In this document: one piece after another, positions 48,387 through 50,351 of the stretch
Layout of the letters: each line of letters begins with the position of its first letter
Numbering within the stretch: position 1 is the stretch's first letter
Source of the DNA: an uncultured Bacilli bacterium
Lineage (GTDB): Bacteria > Bacillota_I > Bacilli_A > RF39 > UBA660
Direction of reading: 5' to 3'
NCBI GenBank assembly: GCA_944363605.1
Contig: CALVUM010000083.1
Location: 1-50,351 of the forward strand
DNA length: 50,351 nt
Notes under the pieces: generated by a model
Database searches by the model: none
What the model was told of the DNA's origin: nothing
Seen by the model: the letters and a program-made list of their open reading frames with translations, nothing else
Program-made: the position numbers and the translations under genes

Positions 48387-50048
48387 TTATTGAAGTACAA
48401 TCCGAAAACTTGTCCAAACTAAAGCTCTTCCGTCTCTATTATAAAAATTAAATATTCCAGCATATTGGCCTTGGATTCTTTCTGCTCCACGATAATACCA
48501 AGGACTTCTATTATTTATAGATGTTCCGCCGTCCAGATACCAACTCCCTATCACATAAGTTGTAGGAGAACCTATAGAAGTAAAGTCACTTGTAGCAAAC
48601 GGTCCCATTTCACCTGTTGCATCTCCTAAGATTCTTCGTTGATATTGTGTATATTCTGTAGCATAGATGTAAGTGTCATAATACTTCTTATCTGGAAAGT
48701 CATAACCAGTTGTTAAAGATGTAAGTTCTTGAGTATCATCGTCACATGTTGGGCAACCAAATGTTCCGTTGAAACCTGAATTATATAAACTATTTCTTCC
48801 ACTCATTGGTTGTCCGTTTTCGTCTAATACAACTCCCATCACATATTCCCATGAGCCACCCGCCATATCGTAAATTCCTGTGATATTTCCAGTAGTGCTT
48901 GAGAGAACGCTATTGGGATAAGCTCTATTACACGTGCCATCGTTACACATTATGTTACATTCCAAATGAACTGAACCACTAATTCCACAGGTTGGCTCCT
49001 CATTAGCTTGGTAACCTGTTATATAGCTAGAATTATTGTTCAATCTAATATTTGTTGCACTTCCATAGGAACTATGCTGTAAATAGGCTACTGCTCCCCA
49101 CTCTGTATTTTTCATCATATGACTGTCTAGTTTTCGGTGATAATTATATGAACTATAAAACGCATTTGCTATTTGTATACCTCGCCAACTATAAACATTT
49201 GGTTTGATAATCATTTTACTTGAATCATTAATATTTTGCACAGCTTCAGTTGAACTAGTCGCCCCATTATATCCGGTTTCAAATTTACCAACCCAGAATC
49301 CGGTACTTGGAATACTTAGGAATGCTGGATGAGTCATATAATCTCCAATTTGGCAATTTCCACTTGCTCCACTTGTCATTGGGGTGGTACATTCACTTTC
49401 TTTATTATCATTTGTATCATAATCGCCAAAAATCAAAGGAATCTCATGTACTTTTTTTTCATTTATTTCCGTTAAACTGTCATAGTTTCCTAAATCCCAT
49501 AACTGATATCGATATTTCGGAATCCAGACAAAATAGGACTCTATTGCATCCTCTGGTATCGTATCTCCGGCTAAATAATCTTCACTTTCATCAAATAATA
49601 GGACTGCATTCGCCCAGTTCTTATTCGCATAACTATACCACTCACTTCCAATATCAGCTTTTTTGACAGTTCCATCTTCATCGATCGTTACGGGTATTAA
49701 AGGTTCTTCTAGTACGGGATCAGCACCGTTTAAAAGGGCTTCGCTGTAACCTGTTTTAAAATATAGCTCACATTTGGTTTTGTATTCACTCATATTTTTT
49801 ATTATCGGACTCCAGGTTTTATAATCCCAAATAATATAAGCTTCATTTGTGCAACTACTTCTTGTTTCATCAAATATGTTTCCTCCTTCTTGAGGAATTT
49901 TATTCGTTTTTTCATCATTTAAATAAATAGCTAATTCTATATTTTCCTTTATCGAATATTCTTTTATTTTCTTTTCTCTTTGAAGTAAGATGATCAAGCA
50001 TACCGATATACACATAATTAATATAAAAAGAATAAAACGCTTTTTCAT
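48387..50048 (-). CDS. Membrane-anchored surface protein with C-terminal FGE-type C-type-lectin-like domain
   Basis: N-terminal TM; FVWIPKY, HPAF, GFWVGKFE, NTEWGAVAY, GIYDMAGGSWEY, terminal SFRIVL. Confidence 0.75.
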   Translation of the reverse strand: MKKRFILFILIMCISVCLIILLQREKKIKEYSIKENIELAIYLNDEKTNKIPQEGGNIFDETRSSCTNEAYIIWDYKTWSPIIKNMSEYKTKCELYFKTGYSEALLNGADPVLEEPLIPVTIDEDGTVKKADIGSEWYSYANKNWANAVLLFDESEDYLAGDTIPEDAIESYFVWIPKYRYQLWDLGNYDSLTEINEKKVHEIPLIFGDYDTNDNKESECTTPMTSGASGNCQIGDYMTHPAFLSIPSTGFWVGKFETGYNGATSSTEAVQNINDSSKMIIKPNVYSWRGIQIANAFYSSYNYHRKLDSHMMKNTEWGAVAYLQHSSYGSATNIRLNNNSSYITGYQANEEPTCGISGSVHLECNIMCNDGTCNRAYPNSVLSSTTGNITGIYDMAGGSWEYVMGVVLDENGQPMSGRNSLYNSGFNGTFGCPTCDDDTQELTSLTTGYDFPDKKYYDTYIYATEYTQYQRRILGDATGEMGPFATSDFTSIGSPTTYVIGSWYLDGGTSINNRSPWYYRGAERIQGQYAGIFNFYNRDGRALVWTSFRIVLQ

Positions 50049-50143
50049 TGTCTCACCTATTTCTATTATGGTTCATTAGGAGTTATTCTACACATGCCTT
50101 ATTATGTCATATATATTATATCAAATTTTTTCTTATTACTAAA

Positions 50144-50173
50144 AAAATTATCTTAGTTTCCTAAGATAATTTT
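50144..50173. repeat. 13-bp perfect inverted repeat
   Basis: AAAATTATCTTAG-TTTC-CTAAGATAATTTT. Confidence 0.7.
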
Positions 50174-50199
50174 ATCATGTATACCCCCCCCCATGTCAA
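50169..50199 (-). promoter_or_regulatory. SigA-like promoter with a G9 tract in the spacer
   Basis: Minus strand TTGACA-TGGGGGGGGGTATACATGA-TAAAAT (19-nt spacer). Confidence 0.55.
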
Positions 50200-50286
50200 T
50201 TTACAGTTGCTTGACAAATTATGAATATAGATCTGCATTTTATTTTGAAGTGAAATCAGCACATTAATTTAGAGAAAAAAAGAAAA

Positions 50287-50313
50287 GGGATATAGATGAT
50301 CATTCTATATCCC
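50287..50313 (-). terminator. Hairpin, likely terminator of a gene beyond the window
   Basis: GGGATATAGA-TGATCAT-TCTATATCCC preceded by an A run. Confidence 0.6.
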
Positions 50314-50351
50314 TAAAATCATATAAGTAATCCGTATTAATGAGTTCAGTC

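Noticed and set aside
6460-49666. Other short ORFs overlapping real genes (e.g. 6460, 7362, 12553, 13998, 14324, 21008, 21576, 22372, 22757, 23361, 23608, 30623, 33948, 36732, 40306, 40536, 41700, 47688, 49307)
   Set aside because: Antisense or alternate-frame overlaps of better-supported genes or of the T-box, with no recognisable motifs.
1-50351. CRISPR array, rRNA, tRNA, reverse transcriptase, DGR template repeat, intact IS transposase or prophage
   Set aside because: No regularly spaced repeats, RNA gene signatures, RT (YxDD context) ORF, AAC-rich template copy or phage structural genes were found by eye.

Overview
AT-rich chromosomal segment of a spore-forming, low-GC Bacillota (Bacilli-like) organism. 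Gene content and short gene versions suggest a genome-reduced gut lineage such as RF39, but this is inference only. The window appears to span the replication terminus: a 28-bp dif-like site at 44130-44157 sits where the predominant coding strand switches from + to -, about 4 kb from xerD. Housekeeping genes are pflB/pflA, obgE, valS with a Val T-box, frr, rpsU, yqeY-like, lepA, hemW, 6S RNA-tcdA, gpsA, rarA, xerD, a ZIP transporter and mnmA. Sporulation genes are gpr-like, spoIIP, spoIIM and spoIVB. The most notable accessory content is: (i) four dispersed genes or fragments for predicted surface proteins with C-type-lectin-like C-termini, one with a DGR-like variable-region codon signature, plus a full gene and a start-less 3' paralog that differ mainly in one 30-codon segment, with no reverse transcriptase in the window; (ii) an Rpn (PD-(D/E)XK) gene with an internal RBS/ATG and a downstream stand-alone C-terminal variant; (iii) a 1.7-kb ATPase islet flanked by a 23-bp direct repeat; (iv) a T-box whose apparent terminator pairs with the T-box bulge itself; (v) an XRE regulator present as two complementary halves on opposite strands, upstream of a solitary HerA-like ATPase; (vi) a poly-G tract within a promoter spacer. 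All calls come from manual reading and motif recognition; no database searches were run.
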